Positions 9,962-23,900 are shown, counted from the whole stretch's first letter. The stretch is 57,660 bases of DNA, filler included, from Sphacelaria rigidula (GCA_964200075.2; 8 parts of 8 records of this genome joined end to end with filler, not necessarily neighbours in it); one strand, 5' to 3'. Made by a program: numbers and translations. Notes: generated by a model not told the origin, from the letters alone.

Positions 9962-12900
9962 GCCCACTCACACACACACTGAAACCACCACTGAATTAGA
10001 ACACACCGAACGAACACCACTACTGAAAGAAGTGGGATAGTCATTCCTGGGGAAAACGCTCATACAAAATGACATTTCATAATCCCATATTATCGGCACG
10101 CGAAAAGGCGTGTGTCCCCAGTAGATTTGTACTGCAAGCACCACATCGGTATACCTCAAATAACAGGACTAGTATCTTATACGTACTTCCTCTATATGTC
10201 ATGACCCATTATTGATATCCATATCCCCTGTATCCAGACAGATCCTGGAGCGTAAGTATAATCGATTAGCCTCCCTGCTTACGGCTCTAGGACTGATAGT
10301 TTATCCTGAATACATNNNNNNNNNNCCAACACTATATTACCAAGAACTGAAAAAGAAAACCCGATCCCGTCAGGAAAAAACCTTTCCAGCCACGCACAGA
10401 CGTCGCAAACTCGTCTACTTTAGCAATCGAAAGCTCAAATACTGAATATCATCAGTTCCTCGTAACCTATCCATGCTCCATTTCAACAATTGTTTGCGTC
10501 AGTCAGCACAAAACAAATAGATATATGTGTATCAATCTCAATCACTACCAGTTCCCAAATCTTCCTTGGAACAACCAAAAATCACACATGAATGCATAGT
10601 GGACACCCTTTTCATACTCCTCGGTTACCATGATGACATTCGAGAAACACACTCAACCTTCCAATACTCGAATCTGTCAAAAACGCACTATTCTCATGGT
10701 AACAAGATGCTGTTGTCTACGTGAAATTCGATTCAACATACCGCCTACAACACGGTCTACATCAGGCAAGCGTCTAAGGTCAGCATGTCCAGTGACCGAG
10801 ATATCATTCCACTGAACAATAACATGACTCCTCGAAATAGTATGCAAAATAACACTGCAAAATGAAAACTTGCAGTAGTGGCGAGTGTACCACTTCCCCT
10901 CGAGTTCGAGAACAAAATTCAAATTCAAATCGAATCAATTCAAGTTCAAATCGTTCAAACTAGAGGTATGCTCAAATACAATATCTATAGATTTCCCATC
11001 TGTCCCAACATAAGAACACAAGATCTGCTCCTATTTGTACCACTCTGTATCCTAGAAAAACAACATTAGCCTCCCTGATGTCGACCATTTATCAACTGCC
11101 TATAATAGTTGATATAACCCACATCAGTGAAAACTTGCAAGCTTGGATCTTTTTAATGTCAGAGCTCGAAAAATTCTCTGTCGAACCTCGTTCACTTCAT
11201 AGACCCTAGAATACACAGATAAAATTTGCGTACCAGTACACTCGTGCATTTCACAACGACTTGTACTGCTTATATCATATCAGGGAGAAACTCGGAACAT
11301 AAAACCAAATTCTGTAAGCACTAAAAGTATTGTAACCAAAATTAGCGGTTGATCAGTCTACTTAATTTCGAATTACTGATCTTTGATGCAAATTTCGCTC
11401 GTCATCCGGCCCGATATATTCCACAAATCGTCAAACTCATCGTCCCACTCTTAGAATATTTTCTCTTTCACAAAAAATCAATCCCTGTATACCAGAGTCC
11501 AAGTGCATGCAAAGAAGTCGAATAAGAAGTTACTCTGTATAAACAGTACACTCACCCAAATATCAGGACGGATATTACTCCTTGAATAAACGTCACACCC
11601 TGGAGAGAACAGAACATAAATTACTCCGTATTAAAACGCCCCCCCCCCGATTCAACATTACATATTGATTTGCAGGGAGTATTGCTTCTAGGTTCCACAT
11701 AAAAACATAACATCGACGACCCCAGAGTCAGTTCTCATGAGTATCTTGGTGCATAGTCAGTCCCGCATGTTGAACGGTGGGTGGATAGTCAATTGTTTAG
11801 TGACACACAAGACTAAAAACCGTTCCACTCTCGGAAGTATACTCGAGGTTGAATCCACGCCATGTTGTTTCCACAATTGAAAATGTCCAACCCAAAATTC
11901 AGAGCCGGCGAATCAATTTGTCAACAACGTTTTAGCGCGGATCTCAAAATATCAAATTCCCTCTCGAAATCCATGACCGACGGATCAAATTGTCCAAAAT
12001 ACTCCGCCGTGGATCACCCCATCACATGAGTTTTCTCCCAAAATAATCCGCTGTGGATGACCCCATTACATGAGTTTTCTTCGTTTTTAATTCCCCGAAA
12101 AGAGAATCATGGAAGTAAATAGTCAATTCCCCCCCCCATTATTTTCTTTCTCGATAGTTCCAAAATCATTGCAATCATGTGGAGGATCAGGTTCAAAAAA
12201 TCATAACCAAACTACGGTAGTACTTGGTAGGGTGTAGGGAACAAAAACAAGAACAATCAAACAAAAAATGCAACCACGGGATGTTTCACATGGTTGGCAT
12301 GTCACGTTGCTGCGAACAACGAGACGAAAATATTTCGAATCAAATCCAAACTCCCAAAGAAATCAAATGATGAAAACCTAAATGCCAAAGCGTGTTTGGT
12401 TCCTGCCCTGGCTCCTGCTAAGTCCCCCAAGCGGTTGTGTTGTCGTCGCCCAGGCCGCGATCGCTGTTTTCGGTTTGGCTCTTGCGGTGTCGCGGTCCGG
12501 GCTTCGTCATTTTTGTGCACATCCGCCTGGGCTCGAAAGCAGTTGCCTCGCCATAAAGATCGGCTCGCAGCACCGGGGACAGGTCACGCGTAGCGGTAGA
12601 AAATAGTCGCAGAAATAAGTCGCCCGTTGTATTTCATGCAGAAAATCGAAAAATATTCGAAAACATCGTTCGTGCGTCATATCAAAGATGAAATTCCTCT
12701 CCTATGAAACCATGCGTCTTTCCTCGCAACGCTGTCAAAAATAATTCACAGTCTCATGCCATGGATACACAATATCCGCCCTAACGGTCGGCGATGGCCC
12801 ACTGCGCTCAACTTCCCTCGTGAAAAAAATAAAAGCAATCATCGCAGAAGGTGGAGTACTAAAAGCAAACAAGGAACAAAACAAATCCTGTGTTGACCCT

Positions 12901-13704
12901 CCTCCTGTCAGACTCCGGCTGGTGCGCCCACATATACCGAAAGGTGTGTGCTGGCATCCAGAATGGATGGAATGACAACTCACACAGGCAGTAGTACTGA
13001 ATTTTGTTGGCTCGCCAGAACTAAATCAATTCAACTGCACTCAATGTAGATCACACAAGTTCGTCAAGCTATACTATACTGTGGATCAACCATTTTGAAC
13101 AACCAGGGAAAACATGGTCAATATAACACCCCCTTCTACAGTCAAGGGGATCATATCATTGTGTAGTGGAGAAAGAAAAAAACCAAAGTCTCGAACAGAT
13201 AAAAACCAAAGTAGGGCACACATGGAACACTCCAAAGTCACACTCGCGCTCCGTCTCACTACAGAGCGAGCAGGGCGTGATGCTGAATGAAAGAAACACG
13301 GGATGAAGGGAAGGGCAACATATTACCAACAAAAACAACCCGACTGTACGCCTGCAAAATGAATCTTCGACATGGTACACGTGACGAGGTATCAATTGAG
13401 TGTGGCGTTGTATAACACCCCCAGTTCAACAGAAGAACAAGGACATATGACACTCTAGAAAGTAAGAAAACATGCGAACCAAATCGCAAACTAGAATAGA
13501 AAATGACTACCTACCGATAACAAAACATTGTCAAAGTCATCCTACTCTTCAATCCTGGTGGTTCTATCAAGATTCGATGTTCAATCGAAGGAAAAAATTG
13601 AAGGGAAAACGTGCCTTGATGAGCACTGCGGGTCGTGTTGAAGTAGAAGCCGGGAAGCTGATGACGTTGTCGTCCTGGACGTGGCTTGTTCATTGACGTT
13701 CGGA

Positions 13705-13971
13705 TGCTAGAGTTGGTCGTGCGTGCCGAGGGATATTACCGCTGCCGATCTTGGGTACCGTGTACTGCTCCGGTTAGCTCAAAAATACAAAATAAAGATG
13801 AATACATGCCTTCGGGACTCCTCCGCCCATCTGGGATAAAAGCTGAAAAGCTGTGATCTTGTTGTCCTTGATATAGGTGCTCACTGGCGTTTGAATGCTA
13901 GAGTTGGTGACGCGCGTGCTGGGGGGTGTTTCCGCTGCCGATCTTGGGTACCGTTCTGCTCCACTTAGCTC
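13705..13971 (+). repeat. Local ~75-bp direct duplication
   Basis: atgctagagttggt...ccgctgccgatcttgggtaccgt...ctgctcc...ttagctc occurs at ~13705-13780 and ~13895-13971. Confidence 0.8.
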
Positions 13972-14239
13972 TTGTGGTGCTGTGATGCTGTCCGTTAATC
14001 ATGTGTTTCTTCTTGTAGTCGTCGCGGCCTATGCGCATTTTCGATGATGCTCGTGGTTGAAAAAAACGTTTGAACTCTCCTTTTGAATACCGTAGAGATA
14101 TTTTGTATCATGTTTGACGGTTTGAGAAAACCTTGAGGTCGCCTGAGCGAAGCGTAGCCTGATCCCCTGGAGGACTAAGCCTGCAACAGGTAAATCCCTA
14201 GTAGTCCGTACATGAGCCCTGACCCAGGTCATGCTAGCA

Positions 14240-14342
14240 TAATAGAAAGCCTCATGCACCGGGTGCATTGTCGCGGGAAGTTATAGGCCTGCCATGGCCA
14301 GTTGAGACCAGGGATCATTTATGTAATTAATTCACCCATATT
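14240..14342 (+). repeat. ~105-bp direct repeat, copy 2 (cut by contig end)
   Basis: Near-identical to 9857-9961. Confidence 0.9.
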
Positions 14343-14442
14343 NNNNNNNNNNNNNNNNNNNNNNNNNNNNNNNNNNNNNNNNNNNNTTAATTAATTAANN
14401 NNNNNNNNNNNNNNNNNNNNNNNNNNNNNNNNNNNNNNNNNN

Positions 14443-14514
14443 GGGCGTACTCATTTGTTGCTTGCCTTGGTCATTTGACCATTGACCACGCATCCCTTTC
14501 GAGACGGAGCACCG
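14443..14514 (+). repeat. ~72-bp dispersed repeat; three copies in this contig (14443-14514, 18387-18457, 21491-21563)
   Basis: gggcgtactcatttgttgcttgcctt...ccattgaccacgcatccctttcgagacgg shared by all three copies, each preceded by a G-run. Both contig ends break in it. Confidence 0.85.
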
Positions 14515-14841
14515 GGGGGGTAGAAATAGTGAAGTTTTTCACCTGTTATGCGTGCCACATCTTATGGGGCCGGTAAGTGCGAAGTGATCAAGAGTGCGTG
14601 TGCACGTTTTGACCCTTCTTCAGTTTTTTTCGCGTGATCAGATCGACGGCCAGGCGGGTTATTCCACGTCGGAATTACTTTTTCTAATATCTCAGGGGAT
14701 ATTCCAGCGCACTCTGACGGCTTTTGTTTTACTCTCACTTTTTCTTGATCGTGTCTCGCCTGTGCGCTCATTCATGTGTGTGTGTGCGTGTTCAAATATC
14801 CTCTCCTTTTCTCCTCCGCGCGCACAAACAAACGAGCGCAG

Positions 14842-15889
14842 CTACAACAAGCACATGGCACGCAACAGCATCAACATCAACAACGGTCGGCACATCTCCA
14901 TTTCTTCCCCCCAGCTACCGCATCCTCAACAACAAAATCACCTCTACCACGGACAGCACCTCCAAGGCCTTCATGAAGAGGCGCCACCGCCCCAATCCCA
15001 GAGCCAAGCCCACACCCTCGCCCGGCAGCAACAAAGCTACTCGCACCACACCCCCGGAGGAACAACATCCTCAACGTCCGCTCCGACGCTTCCAACGATG
15101 GCGGCGGCGGCGGCCGTTCCTTCGATGTTCACCCACCAAGAAGGCGGTCTGTCTACCCCGTCATGGCGCACCGTTGTCTCCACCCAGAACGACCAAACGA
15201 CGAGCTCTTCACGCTTGCTCTCCCGCGCTTCTCATGCTAATGGAGGTGTCGGAGGAGAGGTACCAGGCGGGCAAGGCGGGGATGGCGATCTACGAATCGA
15301 TAGATCCTTGCCGATGCGACAAGCGGCAGCGGCGGCGGCAGAAGCGGCGGCGGCGGCAAGCCTGGGTCGGGGTAGTACACCGCAGGTTTGGTCGTCGTCG
15401 CTCCTGTCGCCGCCGCCAACTCCGTCGGAGCGGCTGCAACGTCTGTACTATCCCTGTGACGAAGATGAAGACGGCATTGATGACGGCAGTCACATGGATG
15501 TTTTGAACAGCAACGGCAACGGCAAGTACAACGACGGCAACGAGAGCGCTGGGTATCGCGATGTCGGCGGTGGTGGCGCCGGCGTAACCGCCGGTCAAAG
15601 CGGCAGCGGGAGCAGTGTCGGAGGGGTCGACGGGTTAAGTGTTGCCAACGCTCAGGGTGACCTTGCCCTCCCTCCTCGCACTAGATCAGCACCGCCTTTG
15701 CCAATGCTTCCCGCGTCGCACGCGGGCACCGGGTTGTTGCGGGGTGGATGCAGTGCTGATGGCGGCGGTGTCGGCTGTGGTGAGACTCGAGCGGCGAGTG
15801 GAGGGCCGGGGGCCGTGCCGGGCGTCGCTGTTGGTGGAGGTGGTGTAGTGCCGTTTAGACGGCGGAAGGTGGTGCTTCAAGACGCAGCT
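14842..15889 (+). CDS. Large low-complexity exon (Q/H/S/A/G-rich) of a protein with a C-terminal F-box-like motif
   Basis: Lies within ORF 14594-15934. Candidate acceptor GCAG at 14838-14841, with an in-frame ATG at 14855 as an alternative start. GTGAGT donor at 15890 is phase 0 and in frame with the exon at 16874. Confidence 0.75.
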
Positions 15890-16873
15890 GTGAGTGGTGT
15901 AATGTGTGTGTGTGGAGCTGTGTATTACTTATGATGGTGTCCAGCCTCTCGAATCATGGTGTATATGGGTCATCATATGACGGGAATACTCTGCCCTTTC
16001 TGTTGATGATGCCTTCAGGCAAATCGGTGCATTCCGCTGGAAAATATACCTTGTACTCTGTATCTTGTCCCAAATTCTATTGGAGTATGGATACTTGTGT
16101 TCAGATCTAATTGCTGTGTTCTGTGTGGTGTTTTGATCGTGGGTGCTGGAAATCCTTTCTTATTTGCATCGTCTTCCTTGTCAGGCCTGTTTGCTTTTTT
16201 ATGTGTTTTGTTATGCGATTATGGTGTATGGGCCTACATATGTGAGAGATCGGGCACATGCGGAGAAGAGAAAAAACGCATCCCGCACAACGAGTTGTGT
16301 GGAGTACGTGCGCGTGTCGTTGTTGCTGTATTACAACACAGTATTTTGCACTTTTTTCATTCCTTTTTTTTTCGTTGGCACTGAATGAATCTGAAATATT
16401 TTTGGATCTGCTGGATCTTCGGATATTTTCAGTGACATCGGACTGAAAATTTTGAAAGAAAATACTGGTCACCTCGTTCCGTTCCGTGGCTGGTGTGTTT
16501 TCACCGGTGTTGTCCCCCTCCCCCCCTCCCCTCCGGCGCCGTACCAACAAGTACCGCATACATGCTGCCTCTGAAAAAGAAACTGTGAAATTTCACCTAC
16601 GCACTCTTTCCTCAATCTCTCTCGATGTATCTCCCTCATCGTCCGATGCTTTCTTCCCTCTTCCTTTTGTTCGTCTGCGCTTCCCCCCCCCATGCCTGTG
16701 TCCACCTGTGTGTATGTGTACATGTATGTGTATGCGCGTATTTCCGCCCTGTTTTTTCTTTTGTTTCTGATTTTCTCTTTCCCGCCCCCCCTCTCGAATT
16801 TTCTTCGATTTTTCCGGGGGTGTTGGTATTGGTATTGGTGTTTGTGTGCTTTGCTTTGCTTTTTCTTGTGCAG

Positions 16874-17050
16874 GATGAGTTTATTCCAAGCGAGCCTGTA
16901 TTCGGCCCGGAGTGCCGGCGACTCAAGAAACGCTGCGCCGACCTGTCTTTCTCTTTCCTGGACAATGACGATCTGTACAACGCGTCTCTCGTCAGCAGTA
17001 CCTGGTCGTTGCTTGCCATGGGATCCGCACTCTGGGAGGAAGCGAATTGA
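16874..17050 (+). CDS. Terminal exon encoding an F-box-like motif
   Basis: Long pyrimidine tract and TGCAG acceptor. Translates DEFIPSEPVFGPECRRLKKRCADLSFSFLDNDDLYNASLVSSTWSLLAMGSALWEEAN*; FSFLD..DL..ASLVS..W..LA....LW fits the F-box consensus. Confidence 0.75.
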   Translation, partial: DEFIPSEPVFGPECRRLKKRCADLSFSFLDNDDLYNASLVSSTWSLLAMGSALWEEAN

Positions 17051-20000
17051 GGGGGCGCTTGGTTTGTTACATTTTTATCGTGTCATCGAGGAGAAGATTT
17101 TCGAGGAGGGTGCCCTCTTTTATTATGATTTTTGTTTTTGTGCCTGCTGCTCAACAATTGATGGATTTCATGACCTTGGTCCTGCGGGCGGAAACATGGC
17201 AAGAATCAGGATTTTTTTTTTCCCTCCACGATCTGGTTCTGTGAGCGTTTCATGGACAGGGATTATATTGGTCATGTGTCTACTCACGTCGTGATCAGCC
17301 CCTGACGGAAATACGGCAATGTGTTGTACCACTTGAAGGTTTCCCCTTGTCTCGCTCTATCTTTTTTTTTCGTTCCCCTTTTTTTGCTGTTGATGGCATC
17401 AGCGAGGAGGTGTTTGTTGTGCATTTGTGATGCCCCTTGTGTGCATTGATTTTATTTATTGAGGTATTCGGTCTCGGTGATTTCCAGTCGTGCTATCAGT
17501 CGTACTTGGGGCAGTACAGTAAAAATAGCGTCATTTCTATTAGTGTACATTACATCCAGCCTCTGTCTCGTGTCCTGGATACGGCGAGTCACATTTTTTT
17601 TCTTTTTCCTTTTTTCCTTTTTTGCCTTTTATTGCTTGGATTGTACAAAGGGAACAAATAGGGGTGACATTATGTCGGGGACGGAGAGGGCGGGAGAGGG
17701 GGGAGGTCATTCGCTCGGTAGTTGACAGTTGATTTTGGTCGTTTCTCATAGGACATCGGGACTGGGTGTATATATATGCCTACATGCATGAAATACACAC
17801 AGGTACGGACTCAAAGTACGCCATGGTGAACTATATTCATGTTTTCTCTTTTCTGACGCTTATGTTTCGTTATGCTTTGCGAAGATGTTGGTCAAGTTAT
17901 CGTAAGAATACAGTAGTAGCTCGGTTGGGTGGATTTTGGATGTTGTCCTGTCCGATTTTCCTTGATGGTTTCAAGCGTGTACTGTATCGCGCCATCGTAG
18001 GTGAGGGCATGTATACTACCATCGGTGAATAACACCCCTCCCCCGAATGACACTGTAACCTAATTTGCATCATGCCAGTTTTGAAGTAGGACTGTGTGAG
18101 GGTACGTAGGACAGCACCCCCTCATAACCTGTGGGTAACGAGTTTTTGGACCCAAAAAATCATGAACCAAGCGCCATGTACACCGTGTAGTGTACGATAT
18201 GCCATGTGGTTTTGGGTGCTTTTTATGGAGCATACGCGGCCGGGTCGAGTCTGTTTCTTCGCGCGGGGAAGGGCCCTGCATTATTGGTGGTCGGGAGCGT
18301 GATCAGTATCTGGGTAGCGGCTTATACCGGCATACCGCGTATGCTCGGCGCTTAGGGGGAGAGGGGGAGAGGGAGGGGGGGGGAGGGGCGTACTCATTTG
18401 TTGCTTGCCTTAGTCGTTCGGCCATTGACCACGCATCCCTTTCGAGACGGGGCACCGTTCCTACTCCTAATAGAGAGAGGGGGGGGCTGTGCTGAGGGAT
18501 GAACAGCTTGTTTCATGTTGCTGGGTGATTGACAGTGACAGAATATAGCTTTACTTGGAAGAGTGGAGAGGGGGAAAAGGGTAGCCCAGGTGAAATTTCG
18601 AATGAATTTCTGCGCACGGATTGCGTTGTACGCGGAGACAAAGCAAATCGTGGGCTGCTCCTTGGTGCTTGTTTGATAACACGATGAAGGAACGAGTGGA
18701 ATATGACAAGGGTGGGGTGAAACACTGCCTGCCGCGCGAGCCAATCGGGCCGCCGCCGCGGCCAGATACATTTTTCAAAAAAAAATCGGGGGGGGGGGGG
18801 TTGGGGTCCACGAAAAAAAGAGCAAAAGAGGAAAACCGGGAGAGCGACNNNNNNNNNNGGGGGAGCAGCCCGGCGGCCCACGCGCGACAGCCGGGCCGCC
18901 CCAGCGGAGAAAAATATATACAAAAAGAGGTGGGGGGGGGGGGGGTGTTTGATTCCACGAAAAAAAGGCTCATAGGTGTGTCAGACGACCTATAATGGTA
19001 CACTCGTGGTGCGCTTATATTTGGGTAAAACGGTGTACTGTAAAGTAGTATGATTGAGCGTTATGTCCCGGAAGAAAGTGCCTTCGAACAGCCGTTGCTG
19101 CTTTAAATGATGATTTGAAGTGGAATTTCGTGGAGGAGACGACCCAAAATACCACCCCCCTCCTATCGTGGCATGACATATTTAAGAAAACAGATGTGGT
19201 GGACGGTGTCAGTGCAGCCGTAAACGCGTAGATGACGGAGTTTTTTTGCCTTCTCAGATTATGTTCTGTGTTGCCTCGTTACGAGGTAAGGGGTATCATG
19301 GATGTGAGCGAAGGTAGTGAAAGCGAAATAGAGCTCGAATGACAGTCTCGTGCCGGCGGGGGTTCGTGGCGTCACCGGCATACGTGTAATACCCCGATAC
19401 ATACAGTCTGTAGTAGCCGCAGCGTCCGTCTGACTTGTCTTCGTCTGCCGCTTCTTTTTTTTATTCGCCGTGCTGCTTGTGTGTATCTACTGTATTCAAG
19501 CTAGTCGTTATTTTTTCGTTCTTTTTTTGTCATATTCGTACAAGATGAGTACTCTCTTCTTTTGTTTCCATGTGTGTGTGTGTGCGTGCTACAGTGGTGG
19601 GGCGCTGGGTTCGAGTCACCTGATTCTGACGAGCTGGAGAGGGGTATGACTTTTTTTCACCTTCCCTCTCTTTTTTTTGCATTTGAGATGAGGAGCTAGC
19701 AGTGTATACATGTGTGTGTATGTGCAGCATATTGTGAGTTGGTGTGTGTGTTATAGTTTGTGGCTCGAAGGATGTCCATGGTACTTCGTACATACGTATG
19801 GGGGCGGTGCGAAAGGTTGTCCGTCGGATGTGTTGGAGGTGGGTGCGTTGTTTGATGATTATGGGTCCTCGCTGTCGGTGTGTGTTTGTGTGTCGTGTGT
19901 GTCGAATTTTCGAGCAATGATGTGTCTTGTGTGTGTGCTGGAGATATGTGTTGAGCGCAGAGAGGGAGAAAATAGTAGTGGCACGCAGCTTTTTTTATTG

Positions 20001-20750
20001 ATTCTTTGAGGGGGACTAGATGCCGGAAAAATATCCGTTCCACAACCTTCTTTGTAGTACGCACAGAACGTCGATTTACAGTGTGGGACGTGCCATTTTT
20101 TGCTGGGCGACGCTTCGTTATGTATGCTCAACGAGAGGAGTGTAGAAGCAGACGATCTGTACACGAGATTAGAAGCGAAACAGCTCCACCGTCACCACTA
20201 GGATTGGAGAAAGCGCGGAAAAATACGCGCGTGTGCTGCGGTATTGGGAAAGGGTGTGTTGTGTGTGTCTGTGTGTCTATGTGTCTTTGTCTTGTGTCTG
20301 TGTGTGTTCTCCGTTAGACCTGGGACGTTGGCGGTTCACTGTTCGCTGGATTCTGAGGTTTGTCATTGATGAGGGAAAATTCCAGGAATGTGACTAGAAA
20401 AAAGTGCTGGCGAGATAGCCGCCCCCCGAACCGGCCAAAAACGTAGCGCAAGAAGGCGATGATCATAAATATCGTTAGAGCTGGTTTCGTGCTGCACGAC
20501 GCCACTCATTTGGGCGTTATAGCTGATTTCGGACTGCTTCACGCCTCTCATGTGAGCGAAATCTCTGCAAACGAGCCCAACAGTGGGATCGTAGCCAGTC
20601 TGTCGTGCGGACTCCGGTGCACTTTTTGGGGGGGGGTTTCCTCGGCATCAGTCAAAAGAAGATATCGTTGCTCTTTGATTTCCGTTCGTGCCCGAAACAG
20701 CACCTGTCCAGAGCTGTGCTCACGGGCTGGGCGGATGACCCATGTGCATT

Positions 20751-20954
20751 AGAGTTTCGGGGAACGCTTTTTTTTTGTCATTTTAGAGTGCAAACACCTC
20801 AGCATCGGAGTTTTCCGAAAAAAATTCCCCTCCGTCTAATGTGGTATCCTCTCCTCACCTTTTTTTCAGTAAGGTGCTTTTTTTCATTCTGCACTCTGAT
20901 CCTGAGATATTTGCACGCTGAAATAACAAACAGAAGCGTTTTCCGGAATTCCCC
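20751..20954. mobile_element. Degenerate MITE, same family as 49842-50040
   Basis: Inverted arms agagtttcggggaacgcttttttt gtcattttagagtgcaaa and tttgcacgctgaaataacaaacagaagcgttttccggaattc. Confidence 0.7.
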
Positions 20955-23900
20955 ATTATTATTTATGATGAGGCGTGCAGAGCTTTCGATCGGTCTCGGT
21001 TATCAGTACTGTTTTTTTGCATTTCACTTAATTCCTCCCACGGGAATATTATTTTCTCCTGTGCAATTATTGATTATCGTTTTCCGGCGGAGATGATACA
21101 GAATTGATTGATTTTGATAGATTACTGCACACTCCGGACAGTGTACTGCGTACAGTATAGAATATATTGTCTACTGCAACAGACGGAGCAGTTGATACTG
21201 TGCGCAGTACACTTGTTGTGAGAGATTGTCGCACATGAACTGACCCCTCGGGGCTCTAGCCGCGGCCAGGTGATGGTTGAATCCGAGGTTAAACAGAGCG
21301 GAAACAAGGGCTAATAATGGGTAAAGGAAACAAACAGGTGGAATAGGCACAGAGAAGAGGAGACTGAAAATTGAACAAACCAAAGATATATAGGACCGGT
21401 CTTTGCAACGTATACGGCTTCAGGTGGGAAGGGTGTTAGGCATCACACACGCATTATTCGCACCAAATTGGGTATACCTACGATGCCGGGGGGCGTTCTC
21501 ATGTGTTGCTTGCCTTAGTCGTCTGACCATTGACCACGCATCCCTTTCGAGACGGAGTACCGANNNNNNNNNNNNNNNNNNNNNNNNNNNNNNNNNNNNN
21601 NNNNNNNTTAATTAATTAANNNNNNNNNNNNNNNNNNNNNNNNNNNNNNNNNNNNNNNNNNNNCCCCTCCCTCCCCGGACCCTGCCCATGGTTTGGACAC
21701 ATTGTCCATCCCAAGTCTGCACTGACCACGTCGATTTGATATATATTTTGCACCGAAAATCCCGTCAGATCACGGGCTTTCAGGGGGGCGACGGCCGTCC
21801 CGGGCGATTAGATCGTCTCGGTGCACTGCAGTAACTAACGAAAAACCTCCTGTTCCGAAAACATATTCGTTCCTAATCTCACGATCATGTTACAATGGCT
21901 TACCATTGAACTACATGCGTGTTCGTCGGCCCAGACGTGAAGGATATTGTGCTCTTATCCCCACGTGCTCCCAGCCTCGGGTTCCTTGTTCCCACCCTCC
22001 GCTTTTTATTGAGAGACTCTACTGCTGCACGCCATAGACGAGTGTTTTCGATTCGCGCACCGCTTTGAATGGGATTTTACTATCATCTAGGCCTCTTAGC
22101 TCCTCAGCATGCGGGGTCACACGTTTCACACCCTAGTACAACATACATATTTACACTTGTGCTAGGGATCGCCCCCTCCTCCCGCCTCCACTGGGCGGTG
22201 GGGCCAGAAGGTGTTAGACGTGAAGAAATGTTGGGGCGGGAGGAAATAAGTTGCAGGGGACGGGTGTAGTGGGTGTTGCAGAGCGTGGAAAGGACATTTT
22301 GGGTAAGGGAGACGTGCGGAACATGCTGCTCTGTTCGCGAAATGAATTTCGATGTATTGTCCCGTTGTTGATAACTCCAAGTACGCATCATGTGTGTTGT
22401 TCGTTAGGGTGGAGACCATGTAGCGGGGGAGGAAGGAGAGCAGACTGGAGATGAGCGTAATGTGTTGGCCATTAAGCTTATATTTCTGAATGTGATGGTA
22501 AATGACTGAGTGCCTGAATTAAACTAATTCTTTGGGATTTGCAGATGGTCCCCAGAAACGACCGGCGGGTATAAAAAGATTCTAGTCGAATGTGTGCTTG
22601 TCAAGTAGATAAGTAAGCGGTGCCTCTTTTGGATATTACTGCGGGATTCGAGGAATCTCTAGACTCGTCTGTGCATTCTCGGCCGTGCAATTACGCACGC
22701 TTCTACGGACGCTTTGATTGGCCACAGCATGGCGCGTCAGGCACATTTTGTAGTCGGATTGCTTGTATCGTATTGGCCGTATGGGGCACGCGCCTGCCAA
22801 AATAGGTAGATGAAACGCACACGCCACAACGAGTTGGTATTATGGCCATTGTATGCGTAGCTAGGAGTTTTCGAAGGTAAGGGCGAGCAGCGCCCACCAT
22901 CGCCCACGAGTTCACTTGCGATCTATCGGTCAAAGAGAGGCTTTACAATAGGACTAATCACAAGAAGGACAATCAGCTGTTCATCTGCTCTGCACGACGT
23001 CTGACTCTCTGGCCAGCAAGCCGTTTCTCAAGAAGTGAGTGACGTGTATTATATATAATCCCTTTGAGTCTTTTGGTTTTTTCTTTTCTGAAAGAGCTCG
23101 GTGCTCAGTCTCAATAACAGCTGTCAGCTGTTCACGTGTGCCGTGTGCGAGAGAACCGTACTGCTTAAGTTAACGAGCCGAACACAGGACCAGCGGGTCG
23201 CAATCACATATCTTGGGGTGCGGCTTGCTTGCTAGTGCATACCGCTACACTTATGGGGCTTCAGAGGTAGATTGTTTCATTCAAGCTGTAGGGTTTTCTC
23301 TTTCGTCGGCCGCTGTTCACGCATCGGCCAAACAAAAGCTCACGGTTGTTCGGTTTTTTTCAAGTCCTGTATTTTCGGCCCTTGATCTTCACTTGATTTT
23401 GTGTACACCTTCAATCGGGTGATCAGCTGGGTTTTTTTCAAAGGCAGCTGCCTCTTTTTTCACTTCGAGTTGACGATCCCTCCGACTCTGGTCTAGCTCA
23501 AGGTCTTCGATGTGTCATACAGTATTCACGCTGGTTTTAGGGAAACGCGACCGGACCATCAGGCGCTCAAGGTACACGTACACGCGATCTGAACCGCTGT
23601 TTCTCTTTTTCACCCGCAGGCGGTTCTCGGAAAATACAGCCTCCCCCACGTTCGTTGTTCACATACGCCCTCACGGGCCCGTAGCTTTTTCAACACACCC
23701 CGACCACCTGCCCCGCCAGTGCCCCCGCGCACCGCTCGTCAACTCCGTATCAATCGTACCAGCCGACATGCATCCCAACACACGCCCATTCATGCTTACA
23801 GGTAGGGAGCCAAGGGCTATTTCAATCGCCGCCCGTTGCGCAGACGATTTTTCTTTCCCAAACACAGAACATTGAGCCACCATGCGCACCGAATTTTATC

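Noticed and set aside
14594..14841. 5' extension of the 446-aa ORF
   Set aside because: It starts at a GTG and is T-rich, with GT repeats and a pyrimidine tract ending in GCAG, so it is intron-like. The coding part probably starts at 14842 or 14855.
22419..22560. Candidate 5' LTR end and primer-binding site (…TGCA GA TGGTCCCCAG) for the gypsy element
   Set aside because: No matching 3' LTR downstream of 27844 in the contig and no recognisable gag, so it cannot be supported.
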